A stretch of DNA of 59,305 nt from Girardia tigrina (GCA_001938485.1 MQRK01243359.1:1-59305), one strand, 5' to 3'. Counted from the first letter of the stretch, positions 40,481 to 53,459 are shown. Made by a program: numbers and translations. Notes: a model not told the origin generated them from the sequence alone.

Positions 40481-40657
40481 ATATGCAACCGTAAACTAAA
40501 CGTTAATTTAATAGTGTTCTAACTATTTTTCAGAAAGTTGAATGTTAAATGTTTCAAATGTTACACCGAATAAAGCTGTTTCGCGAAAAATATAAATTTA
40601 AATAAATTTAAAAAATAAATAAATAATGTGTACTATCTTCAAAGAAAATAACAACAA

Positions 40658-41420
40658 ATGTCGAAAACGATTAACGTTAAAATTTCCCCTGTTGAATCGA
40701 AACTCGAGTTCTCGGTCGCTGCCAACACAACCGGCGATAAATTGTTTGAGCAAGTTGTGAAAACATTGAACCTGAGAGAAACCTGGTACTTCAGTTTGCT
40801 CTTCAAAGACTCCAGAAGATATCCGACGTGGCTCAAGTACAACCGACAAATCATGTCTCAAGACGTCGGTAAACAGTACCCGCTCCAATTCAAATTCTGC
40901 ATCAAATACTATCCCGAGGAAGTCAAGAACGAATTAATCCAAGAGACGATCCAGAGACTGTTTTATTTGCAGGTGAGGAACAATATTCTTGAAGGCACGA
41001 TCTACTGTCCGCCCGAGACGAGTGTCCTGTTGGCTTCATACGTGTGCCAATGCAAATACGGAGACTTCCGTGAGGAACTGATCAGTGATCCCAATAACTA
41101 AATTAACACCGACAATTGGATTTCCCTGGAGCGAAATTACAAACGTGTCTTATTCGAATAGAAAATTCACAATTTAATCGTCAGATAAAAATAGTTCGAA
41201 TTTCATTTTCAATACCGACCTCAGTCGAATCAACAAGACCATTCTTCATATGTCCATGGGCAGCCACGATCTCTATCTAAAGAGACGTGAAGCAGACACG
41301 ATTGAACTGCAACAAATGAAAGCTCAGGCTGAGGAAGATCGAAAAAACAAACAAAACTTTAAAGATAAAATCACGAGAGAACGAATGGCGAAAGAAGAAA
41401 TGAGAGAAAATTAATCGATG
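40658..41420 (+). pseudogene. ERM (ezrin/radixin/moesin)/merlin-family FERM pseudogene, intronless and internally deleted
   Basis: MSKTINVKI...LRETWYF...KYYPEEV..ELIQE...IYCPPETSVLLASY, then after a deletion and frameshift [12 protein letters not shown]...MGSHDLYLKRR..DTIELQQMKAQA. Contains stops. Confidence 0.9.
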
Positions 41421-41945
41421 TGGAAATGAATTTGAAAGACACAAACGAAATCCATTTAGAAACAAGAAAATCAATTTCAAATTTCTTTCGGAAAAATATC
41501 CGTTTTTCAAAGACGTTTTCAATAATAGCAAAAATCATGAAGAAATAACGATTGATTTCAAATCTCCATCGCATATCGCTGCGATCAGTCGAGCGTTATT
41601 GTTAGACACGATGAATTTGGACTTGGATGAATTCCGTTGGATCGATTGATTCCGACAATTCCGTTGAGAATGAAGTATATTTTGTGAATTGAAGATTTAC
41701 AGTCACTGGCAATTAACAGTGACTTAACATCGTTCGTTTGAAAAATTCAAATGAAAATTGGAAATCTAAAAATAAATAGCCAATTAAAAATCATAAAAAA
41801 CGTTTAAACAGATGATAAAAATAACTCACAGCATTTAAGAATAGTTTATTTTATATAAAAGAATGTTCTACCCCTCATACACACAAAACACACATACAAT
41901 ACATACATACAGAGACAAAAACACACCTCATACACACCTGATTTG

Positions 41946-43344
41946 CCAGCGTTTAAGAGTGAATCCAGACTTTAAGAGTAAAAAAATTAAATTTCAAAAA
42001 TGCTGCAAAATTACAATTTATCGTCCGTTAGCAGTGCCGATGACATTGAAATAAGGTACTTTATTGTTAATTATGATATTTTATTAAATAATCATAGCAT
42101 GGATACCGAGGACAGCCAAAAAACACAACCTTGTAGGATAAAGAAAACTCGCAAATCGTAATTTTTATTTACAATTTAAAATTAAAATAATAAAATTATT
42201 CAAGAATAAGTCTAATCGACAAAGAAANNNNNNNNNNNNNNNNNNNNNNNNNNNNNNNNNNNNNNNNNNNNNNNNNNNNNNNNNNNNNNNNNNNNNNNNN
42301 NNNNNNNNNNNNNNNNTATAAATATCAAAAATGCGGTCTCCTATCGGTCGGTAAACATGGAGGCCACAAGAAATCCATTATTACCGACGAAATCGGCGAG
42401 ACGATAATTCGGTATGTGGAGGAGAAACCGCAATCCATATTAAGAGAAATGAAAAGATATATTGAGGAGAACAGCGAAATCAATATATCGGAATCCACAA
42501 TTTCCCGCTTCCTCACCGGTAAATTAATTACCATTAAGAAGATCAGGGGCTCCATCCAAGAACGAAATTCTGATCGAATGAAGGACCTCCGATTTCAATA
42601 TACCTGCCGATTTATGAAGGAAGATTGGCGAATGAGTCAATGTGTTTACATTGACGAAATCGGATTTAATCTATGGACCAGCCGCCAATTCGGTCGTNNN
42701 NNNNNNNNNNNNNNNNNNNNNNNNNNNNNNNNNNNNNNNNNNNNNNNNNNNNNNNNNNNNNNNNNNNNNNNNNNNNNNNNNNNNNNNNNNNNNNNNNNNN
42801 NNNNNNNNNNNNNNNNNATGCCAAATATCAATCGTTCATAAACGATTTATCGAGGATTCTGCCAGGGACACCGCATTATTTAATCCAGGATAATGCGAGA
42901 ATCCATTCCAACACTGTCTCCAATCATGAAATGGTCCATTTACCGCCATATTCTCCATTCCCCAATCCAATTGAGGCATTTTTCGCAAAAATGAAGCGGG
43001 AAGTCAGGACAGCAATAACAAACCATCCAGGCCTCCTGACACTAAGCCATCATCAAAGGCTGGTCATTTTGCAGGAGAAAATCGAGGCTGTGGCAGCAAA
43101 TGAAAGCAACAAAGATATGTCCAATTACTTCCATCATCCGAAGAAATTCTTTGTTGACTGCATTCTGAAGAACGATATCCACGGTGATTGAANNNNNNNN
43201 NNNNNNNNNNNNNNNNNNNNNNNNNNNNNNNNNNNNNNNNNNNNNNNNNNNNNNAAAAAAATCTTACTCTTTTAAATTTAACAAATAAATTTATCAGCCT
43301 AATTAAGAAAAAATCAGAATCCGCCATTTTCTCTTAAATGCTGG
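41946..43344 (+). mobile_element. IS630/Gambol-like Tc1-superfamily element (gapped assembly)
   Basis: 14-bp TIR CCAGCRTTTAAGAG, HTH region ISESTISRFL, VYIDEIGFNL, IQDNARIH...LPPYSPFPNPIE. Confidence 0.8.
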
Positions 43345-43579
43345 TTAACTACAGTTAACCGCATGACACTGTATTAGACGGTTGCTCGTTGTCTAAGGAT
43401 CACCAGGTCAATATATTGGTTGCGGTGCGTCCTGTATATATCCAAAATTTGGAGCCTCAAAAAAAATTGGACGGCGAATTAATGGTTGTGTGACTCGAAC
43501 TTTTTTTGTGTGTGTGTTCGGGATTTGTTTTGAATGGTTCGATCTTGTGAGTGTGTTGTGTGTGTGAACGTGACTAAAT

Positions 43580-44080
43580 TTGTTTAATTCATCTGATAGT
43601 CAAACTGGCAATTTGAAACTCAAAGAACTTTTATTCTCCAAACCGAATATTTCTCTCATTCTACTCGACATCATTCTCAACTACAACATTGACGAATCTC
43701 ATCGATTTTTCGCCGTAATTCAACCGAAAAATCTGATCGAAAAACACTGGCAACGAAGCGTCAACTTCCCCGACAGCGATAAGGAAATCATTCACCGACA
43801 ACTTCTCCGCTCGTCTATCCAAGTGAACGCGCTGTCGTTCTCGAAATTCGTCAACTTGATCGCTGAAATCATCGCCAAAATCAGGAATGGCAGAATTTAT
43901 TCAACGGTTTGTTCGCCAATGACGCTTGGATGATCATTTACCATGTGTGTCCGGTGCAATCGACCCTCCGCTTGTCCAAAGGACTCGATCAGTTCCGAGG
44001 ACTGGCATCCGTCATTGGCCGACAAAAAGCTGTCAAATGGAAACGGTTCCCGACGATTTTTCAATCGAAATTCTATGCTC
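43580..44080 (+). pseudogene. Importin-11-like N-terminal (IBN_N/HEAT) fragment, intronless
   Basis: RFFAVIQPKNLIEKHWQR...DKEIIHRQLL...IAEIIAKI, frameshift, then EWQNLF...IIYHVC..STLRL....FRGLASVI. Parallels IPO11 RWLAVLYFKNGIDRYWRR...IAVLIAKV...QWPEL...FYHVTKTLASKRL...FYDLASGI. Confidence 0.65.
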
Positions 44081-44134
44081 AATAGAACCCGATCGATAAC
44101 AATCGCTCGTCGATCGGTCTCGAGTTCGATCTGA

Positions 44135-44310
44135 TCGATACGAAAAAAATGCGTCTTCAAATTCAAGGAGAAATACAAAATAATACGATTGCACAATTTT
44201 CTGTTAAACAGGAGGGGTGTTTGCCCTTTATCGTGGTCTGAGTGCTGAAGAGATTCGTCAGGCATCTTATGGCACTGTAAAAATGGGTTTATGTGATAAA
44301 ATCGAAACAA
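44135..44310 (+). pseudogene. Mitochondrial carrier (SLC25, UCP/KMCP1/dicarboxylate-carrier-like) repeat-1 fragment, intronless
   Basis: IDTKKMRLQIQGE...KQEG(frameshift)VFALYRGLSAEEIRQASYGTVKMGL. Confidence 0.8.
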
Positions 44311-45049
44311 ATCGAATATGTAAAATGACGAGCGAATCACAGCGATTTGAATTCATTAAATTTTGGATGGAAGGCGACTGCCGATTGTTGTGGATTGAGA
44401 ATAGAGTCCAACGTTCTTTGAGGATGAAAACCGATGAGTTAAAACGTGAGATTCAAATGTTTTTGTCCCCCCGACCTGATAGTCTTTCCCCACCGCCGGC
44501 GCGCCGCAGCCACAAAAGTGCTGCGCCTGTTCTTGCATCACCAAAAGCTCTGTATCAAACTCTGAGTCATTGAATTTGGCATATATAATGTCAACTACAC
44601 ACTTATATTTCAGAACAAAACAATATTTTTCGTTGAAAAATATTATTGAGCTTTAAATTCAAGGAAACATTTTGAATAGTTGTGACGTTTGGGCATTAAT
44701 TTTCTAATGCAATTTTTTTTTAAAAATTAGCTCTTTATTACAATAGTTTGTATCCGAGATCATTCAAACAAAAAAATTTACTAAATAAATAAATTAAAAA
44801 AATTTTAAATACAAATATTATTTACAACAAAACGTCGTAATACTTTTTTTTAATTATCATTGTCAAATAAATTTGTTTTTATTTAATAATTAAAGAGATT
44901 TTAGTTTCGTATTTATCGATGCTATTAAATTATAAACATTATTTATAAAAAACAATATATACATTAAATAACTTATTAAAAATCTGATAATTAAATATAA
45001 ATGAATGATTGGCATATAAATCTCAAAAAGTAATATAAGCTTATTTCAG

Positions 45050-45164
45050 ATAGGAATTATGGCAGCCTCACCTCATACGATGAATTATAGAGATTTAGCC
45101 CATGCCAGTTATCACAGCGCCATCCATCAGAAGATCCAAGAATCTATGGATATAATTGACACAG
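45050..45164 (+). CDS. Candidate isolated exon, unknown gene
   Basis: TTTCAG acceptor, CAG|GT donor, open frame IGIMAASPHTMNYRDLAHASYHSAIHQKIQESMDIIDT. Confidence 0.25.
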
Positions 45165-46097
45165 GTATACATTTGCTTGCTGTTTTCATTTGATATGGCT
45201 TCGTAAAATTCTTTCAAGTGCTATTCTTTCTTATCTGAAATTAAATTTTATGCATTCTTAAAGTTTATTAAAAAACGAAAAGGCTATAAGAATAAAAACT
45301 TTTAGTAGTAATAAAACAAAAAAATGTTAACATTCTGAATGATGGTATTATAGAAACATTATTGATCATTTTCCTTGAAACAATAAACTTAATTGTTTTG
45401 GTAGAAGAAGCAAATTCCGGTTTCAAAACGTTAAAAAACAATAATTCATAAAATGCTTATAGTCTCAATTCTTCAAGCAAAAGCTAAATAATATCAGACG
45501 AAAGAATATCCATGAAAGGTGTATGTATCAATAACTCTAAATTACTTTTCGGTCATTGTATGTCCAGAAAATGTTTCGTTTTTTGCAAGGTCTAAAATCT
45601 AATATCTATAACAAAATCTACTCCGTCTAATATTAATTCGTGACCCTCATTTTACAAAGCAATAAATTATGATAAAAGAAATCTCAACTTCATTTTTAGT
45701 TATTCTCTATTGTACAAAAAATAAAAAAAATCAAATCTAAATTAATCAAGCCTAATTTATTTAGTTTCTGAATTCTGGGATAATAAATAAATACTTTTCA
45801 AAAAAGTATGTCAACATAGGTGTTTTGATAGATCCTGTGTTGCCCCAGAGTACTGCTGTGAAGATCCAAGTGCTCGACCCATATTTTAAAGAATTCACAA
45901 TATGTGATTGATTTCTTAGATTTCAAATTTTTGATATTATTCTTTTTATTGAAGAATTTTCTATCAATCATCAACTTGTTTTAAATCAGACCAAAATAAA
46001 GTTTCAAAAACAAAGTTCTTGTTATAACAGTAAAGAAAAAAGGCTTAATTTCAAAATATTCTAACAGTTTCATTTTTAAATTCAAAAATGAAAATCG

Positions 46098-48971
46098 TCA
46101 ATTCAACTCAAGGTCATGTCTATTCATTTTATGGGAACCATATGCAATTACTCTTTCTCTTCCACATATGTCTTTCTGTGATAGCACCGCTCCTATTGTA
46201 TCAAAACTTGAGTCTGTATCGAGTATAAAGTCTTTTGAAAAATCAGGATATGCCAAAATTGGTGTCTTAATCATTCTTTCTTTTAATTTTTGAAAAGCGT
46301 CATCATATTCTTCAGTCCAAATCAGTTTTTTATCCTTGCTCTTACCACATAAGCTTTCTAAAACCTTTGCATATCTAGCGTAATCCTTTATGAATTTCCT
46401 GTAGTAATTCGTCAAACCCAAAAAGCTTCTTAAATGTTTGATACATGATGGGTTTGGAAATTTTCTAATTGCATCAATCTTTGTTTTATCTGTCTCAATA
46501 CCTTCTTTACTTACGGCATATCCTAAAAATTTCGTTTTTTCTACTAGGAATTGAAATTTCTCTGTATTTATTCTCAAGCCGGATTCTTTAATTTTTTCAA
46601 ATACGTTATGTATTCTTTGAAAATGTTCTTCTCTATCTTTTGCAAAAATCAAAATGTCATCCAAATATACGACGGCTTCTTTCTAATTCAAATCTCCTAA
46701 AACTTTCACCATTAATTTTTGAAAGGTAGCTGGAGCCGCTACAATTCCAAAAGGCATTCTTTTAAAACAGTATTGACCATTCTTTGTTGAAAACGCAGTT
46801 TTAATCTTTGAATCTTCTTCTAATTCAACCTGATAATATGCATTTCCCAGATCGATTGCACTAAAATATTTTGCTCCATTCAACGTGTTTAACATGTCAA
46901 CCACATTTGGCATGGAAAATGCCGGTCTTACCGTAATTTTATTTAACTGTCGAAAATCGACACATACTCGGATGTCTTGTTTCTCTTTTTTCCATACACA
47001 CACCAGAGGGAAGTTCCATGGAGAACTACACTTTTCAATTATANNNNNNNNNNNAAAATTTCTAATGACATCATCTAGTTTCTCTTCAAAATGTTGTGGT
47101 AGTCGATAAGGCTTCACTAAGACTGGTTCTCCAAGAGTTTCTATTTTGTGTTTCGTTAAGGAAGTTTTCCCAACATCCCAGCCATGAATATTGATTTATA
47201 TTATGTTAATAGTCTCTTTAGTTCGTTGTCAACTTTGGTGTTAAATATTTCTTTAATTCTCTTTAGTCTGTCATCATCTGTTGGAATATCTCTAATCATC
47301 CATAATATCACTTGAATCTATAGTTTCCTTCTTTAGTTTTATTCCAAATTTGTCCAAAAAGTCAACTCCTGCTATCATTTCTGGGTAGAGTTCTTTGACT
47401 ACATAAAACTCTATATTTTTTGTACTCCTTCAATTATTACTTTTAATTTAACAATTCCATAATTTATAAGTTCTGAATCATTTGCACAATGAATGCGTTT
47501 ACTCGTTTTCTCTATCTGAACATCTTTCATACTTTTAAGTATATCTGTGTTAACAACATTTACTTTGGCACCGGTATCCAAAAGACATTCAACATTCATA
47601 TTCTGTGTATTAAATTCAATGCTTGGTCTTCCATTCAATTTGTCATATCTAATATTGAGCTTTAATATTTTCAACATTTCTTCCTGTTTCAACTTTTGCG
47701 ATTTTGTCTTTATATCCTTATCAAAACAGTATGTTTTAAATTCTTCTTTCCAACAATCTAATTCACAAACTTCGAGAGGGGTATCTTCCAACACGCAATC
47801 ACACATACAGTCATACATACCATTACATACACAATCACAAACACATACATTTTTAATTTTTAGTGAAGCACACTGATCACCTCTCCTTGTGATCGTGCAT
47901 CCTCGTTTCCCTGGTCTTTGTCATATACTTGTCTATTATCTGTAAACATTCTTTGCCTCGAGTTTCCTTCATTTGATCGTGTTCCTTCATATTCGTTGTA
48001 ATCGTTGTCATCATGAATTTCTGCAATATCATATCTTCGATTTTGATTCCTTTGCTAATTTCGTGGGTTATTTGTTCTTTGCCATTCATTTTTCCTAGCA
48101 TATTGGTCTCTTTCTTTAAATCTATTCTTGTTCATGTAACATTGCGTCCTGATATGGCCATTTTTATTGTCATAAGAACACTTTATATTTGGACAGTTTC
48201 TTCTGATGTGTCCTTCTTCGTGGCATGCCAAGCATTTAACAACTTTTGAATAGTTATTTCTCGGTTTGTATTCATTATTTCTTTGATTAGTGTACCTATT
48301 TTTCTTTGATGGTTACGTTCTATATAGTGTGGTTTACGTTTACCTACCGTTTTCCATTCATCATGTTTACTTACCGTATTGTATACCGCAACTGTTTCTT
48401 CTTTTTCCATTTTGCGTAGTTCATACATATTTGAAACTACATCTTTTATGTCCTTTGTTTCGGTAGCTCCTCTCAATTTCAATTCTCTTTTCACCTCATA
48501 ATCGTCAACCATATTCATGCAAACAAGGTTGAGCAGCTTTTTCTTAGAAAGTTTACTTTATGTTAATATCGTTACTAACTCTTCGACTTTTTTGAACGTT
48601 TCTTCTGGATCTGAAGATCCCCACCGGAGATTTAAAATATCCTTCATTGTGTCGAGCAAAGATTTTTCTTTCACAAATGCCGTTTTAAACTTTTCTTTAT
48701 ACGTATTTCCATCTGTTTCTGAAAATTTTGTGATTGCTGATGGAGTCATGAAGATCATCACCATCACTAATCTTCTATCTTCTGTTATACCAATAATATC
48801 CGCATAACGTTCGAAATTTTTTATGAAGTGATCTAATTTCGACTTGGATCCATCAAATTTTTCGTGTCCCATAATGTTCGTTGTCACATGAGCTGTTGTC
48901 GCCATATTAACAACATCAATATTAGTTTTGCAACATTTATTATTATCACAAGCGCATTCACTATTTGACAT
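46098..48971 (-). mobile_element. Ty3/gypsy gag-pol (gag, Zn knuckles, PR, RT, partial RNase H), 3'-truncated
   Basis: CLACHEEGHIRRNC, LLDTGAKVN, DFRQLN, DLGNAYYQ, MPFG, YLDD, FILDTDSS...GAVLSQ. Confidence 0.95.
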
Positions 48972-49074
48972 CTCTCTTGATCAATTTATTTCTGAGTTCA
49001 AAATAATTATTTTCAATAAATGAAAATCTGTTAATAAAAATTATTAATTATAAAGAATGTAATTGGTTGAAATT

Positions 49075-52000
49075 AAATCGTATTTGAAACTAATGGGTAC
49101 CGGATGTGTGGAGTCGGACATTCGCTCCCATGGTGAGAATGATACAGACGCTTTCTGGTTAAGGGAATGGACTTTCGGCATGTCGACGGGACCATCTTCA
49201 ATGTGCATACATGGCTTCAATTTGCAAATTTTGACGATGCTGTGGGTGCCATTGAAATCGATGGTTGCAGTGTTGTTTTGTGCATCGAAATGAAGCGTGC
49301 GGTAGGGACCGGTGTATCGGGTTTGCAGTGAGTTAGGGTGCTTCTGAATTAACCAAACGAATTGCGCGTTCAGTAAGTCTTTGGGTACGTGTACCTTATA
49401 AGTGTCCTGTGATGATGGCGCAGTATCCAGATTTTTGAAGTGGCGTCATGCTTGTTCCAAGTGTTAGTCGTTGCTGGGGCAGTCACTGAAAAAGAGTTCA
49501 TTCACGAGTGACGTGTTTGACCTGAATAACATTTGGGCGAGCGAGGAGCCATGGCAACTGCTGGGGATGTTTCGCTAACCCAGTAGAATTAGGGACAGTT
49601 GATTGACCTAGTCTTTGTTGGCTGATATCGTCCTCAAGGAGTTCTTGATTGTGCGTTGAAACCTTTCGACGAGCCCATTAGACTGTGGATTGAACGCTGT
49701 TGTTTTCAGACGTTGTGTTCCCAATCTTTTGAGGAGATTGGTGAATAATTTGGATTCGAATTGGCAGCACTATTCTGTGATGAGGCGTTTGGGGACCCCA
49801 AATCGTGATACCCAATTATTGACTCCGTGGTGATGTTCATCATCGGAAACGCTTCAGGCCAGCGTGTGTTCCGGTTAATGACGGTGAGCAGATATGATTA
49901 ACCGTTGCATGGTGTTAGTGGACCAACGATGTCCATGTGAACGGTGTCGAAACGGCTACCAGTCGGGAAGCTGAGAATGGGCGGTTTCGTGTGTCTTGTC
50001 GTCTTGCTGGCTTGACATTGTATGCAACTTTTGCACCATAACTTAACGTTCCGACGCATGTGTGGCCAGATAACCTTGGTGCGCAAAAGTTCATATGTCG
50101 CTTTGAAACCATTTGGTGAACAGCCTTGAAGGCCTCTTGACGGAGGGCGGGACCCAATATGGGGCGTATGCACCCAGCGATGGAAGTGTCGAAATAGACG
50201 CGACCGCGTGCTGTTGGCCGTTCCTTGAAGATAGCTAGGTCCTTGTCCGAAGGGGGGTTCTGTTCTAAGATCTCGTGAGTGAACAGAGGTTCAAAGTCTA
50301 AGGCTGCCAGTTCGATTCGTGAGAAACAATCGGCTACGACATTATCGGCACCTGCGATGAATTTGATATTGAAATCGAATTGCGAGAGATAACTGATCTG
50401 ACGTAGTGAGGGATTCTTCATATGAAATATCTGCAGGAGCGGTTTGTGATCGGTGAGTACAGTCGATGAACTACCTATGAGGAGGTGTTCGAAGTGTTTC
50501 ACTGAGAGGAATAGACCCAATAGCTCTCTATCGAATATTGAGTATCTGGTCTGAACCGGTGATAACTTCTGAGAGTAGAATTCCAGTGGCTCCGGTGTGT
50601 CCCTTCATGTCTGTGTCAAAACCACTCCTACTGCGATGTTTGATGCGTCGGTCGTCAACGTTATTGGCAATGATCCATCTGGGTATCGAAGTGATGTGGT
50701 GTGTAAGATGACAAGTTTTATTTGCTGAAATGCTTTGATTGCTTCATCAGACCATGACAGAGATTGCTTCTTTGGGCAAGAGGACATGTTAGTGAGTGGA
50801 GTCAGTGTCGCAGAGATGTGCGAGATGAATCTACAACAATAATTTACCAATCCTAGAATACGACGCGGGAAATCGGTTATGGCCTTAATTCGATCTGGTA
50901 GTGAATGAATTCCATCTGCTGACAAGACGTGTCCCAGGAAAGTGACATGCGTCTGGAAAAACTTGCATTTCTGTAGTTTAAGTTTCAGTTGGTGATTGTT
51001 AAGTCTGAAAAGTGTCTTGAAAAGATGCTTTTGGTGTGTGGATGTGTCTGGTGATGCCACAACAATATCACCAACGTATGCTACTGTGTGCGACAGCCCT
51101 TGAAGCACAATGTCAATATGGCGCTGGAATATCTGCGAAGCTTTACGCAGGCCAAATGGCATTCAAAGATATTCGAAGAGGCCAAATGGTGTAAATACGG
51201 CTGTTTTTGGAATGGATTTTTTGTCTACTGGGATTTGGTGGTAGGCCTTGGCCAAATCCAATGATGATAAGATGCTACAGCCGGAAAAACGTTGCAAGAT
51301 GTCACTGATTAGTGGCATCGGGTATGAATCTGAAGTTGTGACCTTGTTCAACCCTCTGTAATCGCCACAAATGCGTATGGAACCGTCTTTCTTGGGAACA
51401 ATCTGTAGTGGTGCTGCTTAAGGGAAGCTGGAACGTCGTACGATTCCTGAAGCTTCGAGTTCAGAGAATTCTTTCTCGGACAGAAGTCGCCGTTCTTGAG
51501 ATAATTCACGGCGACGCTGTCGTAAGGGTGCGCATGGTATGGTGACTATCACATGGTTTGAGATACATTCGGCCGTACGTCCACTTATGTTGGAGTTGTC
51601 AACTGTGTTGGGGAAGGTCCTTTCAATGAACTTTGTAGGGTCGGACAACAAGGTACATACTTGTATGGCAGGTGCTGTGCTAAGCGCTGTTTCTGACTGT
51701 TGAGGTGGAAGTAATTTACGGTTCCTGCAATCAATGAGTAGACAAAAGTTATCGAAGAAATCCGCCCCGAGTATTGGTTGCGTGACATCGGCGACCGTCC
51801 ATTGAAAAGATTGACCCAGTGAGAATGGTCGAATGACAGACAGACTGATCCATACGTGTGGACGATTGATCCGTTTGCAACAGTTAGACGAGAGACTGAG
51901 CGTCGAGTCTGTGGATAGAAACTTTTGGGCAGGACAGAGATGGCGGAGTCCGTGTCGATTAAGAAAGTCATTTTGTTGGCAGAAGGACCAATGACGGTGG

Positions 52001-53188
52001 CATCGCAGATAAAGATACCGCAGCATTTGTACTCCCCTTCTGTGTCAGCTGCGAAAACCGAAGGTGAACTTAGTTTTTTGACGGTTTCTATGAGCAGCCA
52101 GGCGCACACCGTTTCGCCTGATCCCCGTAACGGGAGTGTTGCACACAGACAGTGTCCCATTCAATTTCGATCTTTTCGTCCTTTCAGGTACATCCTGGCA
52201 AGCATTTCCTCGCTTCTTTATCGAATTTTGAGTGATACCAGCACATAATGAGACTGGGTGACCTTTTTCGGCTTGGTGTTGGGTTCTGTTTACGGAACTG
52301 TCGTGATTTCATGTTGTTGAGAGCAGTGTCGTGACTGCTTGCATCTGTGCTTGTAACGTCTCGATTTGTGTGACGAATGTGTCTGGTGTTGCTGGTGAAG
52401 GCAGTTGTGACGGTTGCGTGTTAACGGCAAAGCAAGTATTTGGCTCCGTCAGTTGTGTTTCCATAATGTCATCTGCAACTTTTGCCAGTTCGTTGAGATT
52501 TTTCGTGTTAGTGCCAGCTAGAACAGTGGTGGAAGTGACCACAGAAAAAAACGTTTGAGCAGGTCGTAGTGAGATCCGTTCGTGGTTCCTGGATGGATAG
52601 TTTCCAGGTCCGTCACAATTTTCGTCTAAAAGGTGGAAGGTTTTTGTTGGTCAATGTGTTTTGATTTGAAATATGTGACGAAAATATCGTTGAGTGCCGG
52701 TTGAAATGGTCTGAAAATGTGCTTCTTCAGTTCATCAAAGGGTTTATCGTGTGATCCGATCGTTGGAATATGCAGTGAGATTGATTGCATGATTTCAGGT
52801 GGAATAAGACATAACGTATGATGGAACATAGCAATTTCATTCGTAATTCTCTGCAGGTGAAACCGCATCTCCAGGATTCTTAACCAACCTTGTGGTGTTC
52901 CATCTTTGTCTAAAAAATATGGCTGCGGTGTAGGTGGCAATGAAATAGCGTTGATATCTTGCCCTTGTGTCGGGGTGTCATTCAACCCCCCCCCCCGGTA
53001 AAATGTCATTAACAGTTATGTGTACCTGGTTGGGGATGCCGCACTCGATCCATGTGAGCTGGGGACGCAGGGGTTTTGTGTTCCAAGATAACCAGAGTCG
53101 GCAACCGGGAGTATGTGATAAAATTGTTATGACGTCGTTGATTCATGAGGTGGGTGAAATTCGTAAGTGAGATTCCCCAGATGAACCC
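49075..53188 (-). mobile_element. Second, GC-richer Ty3/gypsy element (gag, PR, RT, RNase H, integrase), disrupted
   Basis: FLIDTDSAISV, LDLAKAYHQ, MPFGL, YVGD (mutated YVDD), TTDASN, TDHKPL, CKSCIQCQ, HMDIVGPL. Confidence 0.95.
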
Positions 53189-53317
53189 TGTAATGTGATG
53201 GTTATGTGATCATTAATAGATGAGGTTATCCTTTTGTGTTGAATGTGTGTGTGGATGATGTTACGCTGGCGTTTGCAATTATGAAGCCCGAACAAAAAAC
53301 CAAAACACTCAGTTACA
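53189..53317 (-). repeat. Candidate short 5' LTR (129 bp) of the second gypsy element
   Basis: TGTAA...TTACA termini followed directly by GGGTTCATCTGGGGAATC, similar to the tRNA-Gly PBS TGGTGCATCGGCCGGGAATC. Confidence 0.5.
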
Positions 53318-53459
53318 ATTAAAAATTCGATTTTTTGATGAAAAATATTAAAATAATTATTAAAAAAGTTATTTAAATTTGAATTAATTACATAATTTTT
53401 ATAAAATGTATTAAAATCATAAATCCTAAAAGGTTTATTATTCGACAACGATATATCAA

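Noticed and set aside
43372-43398. TTAGACGGT recalling a flatworm spliced leader
   Set aside because: Only about 9 nt match, with no leader 3' end, splice donor or Sm site.
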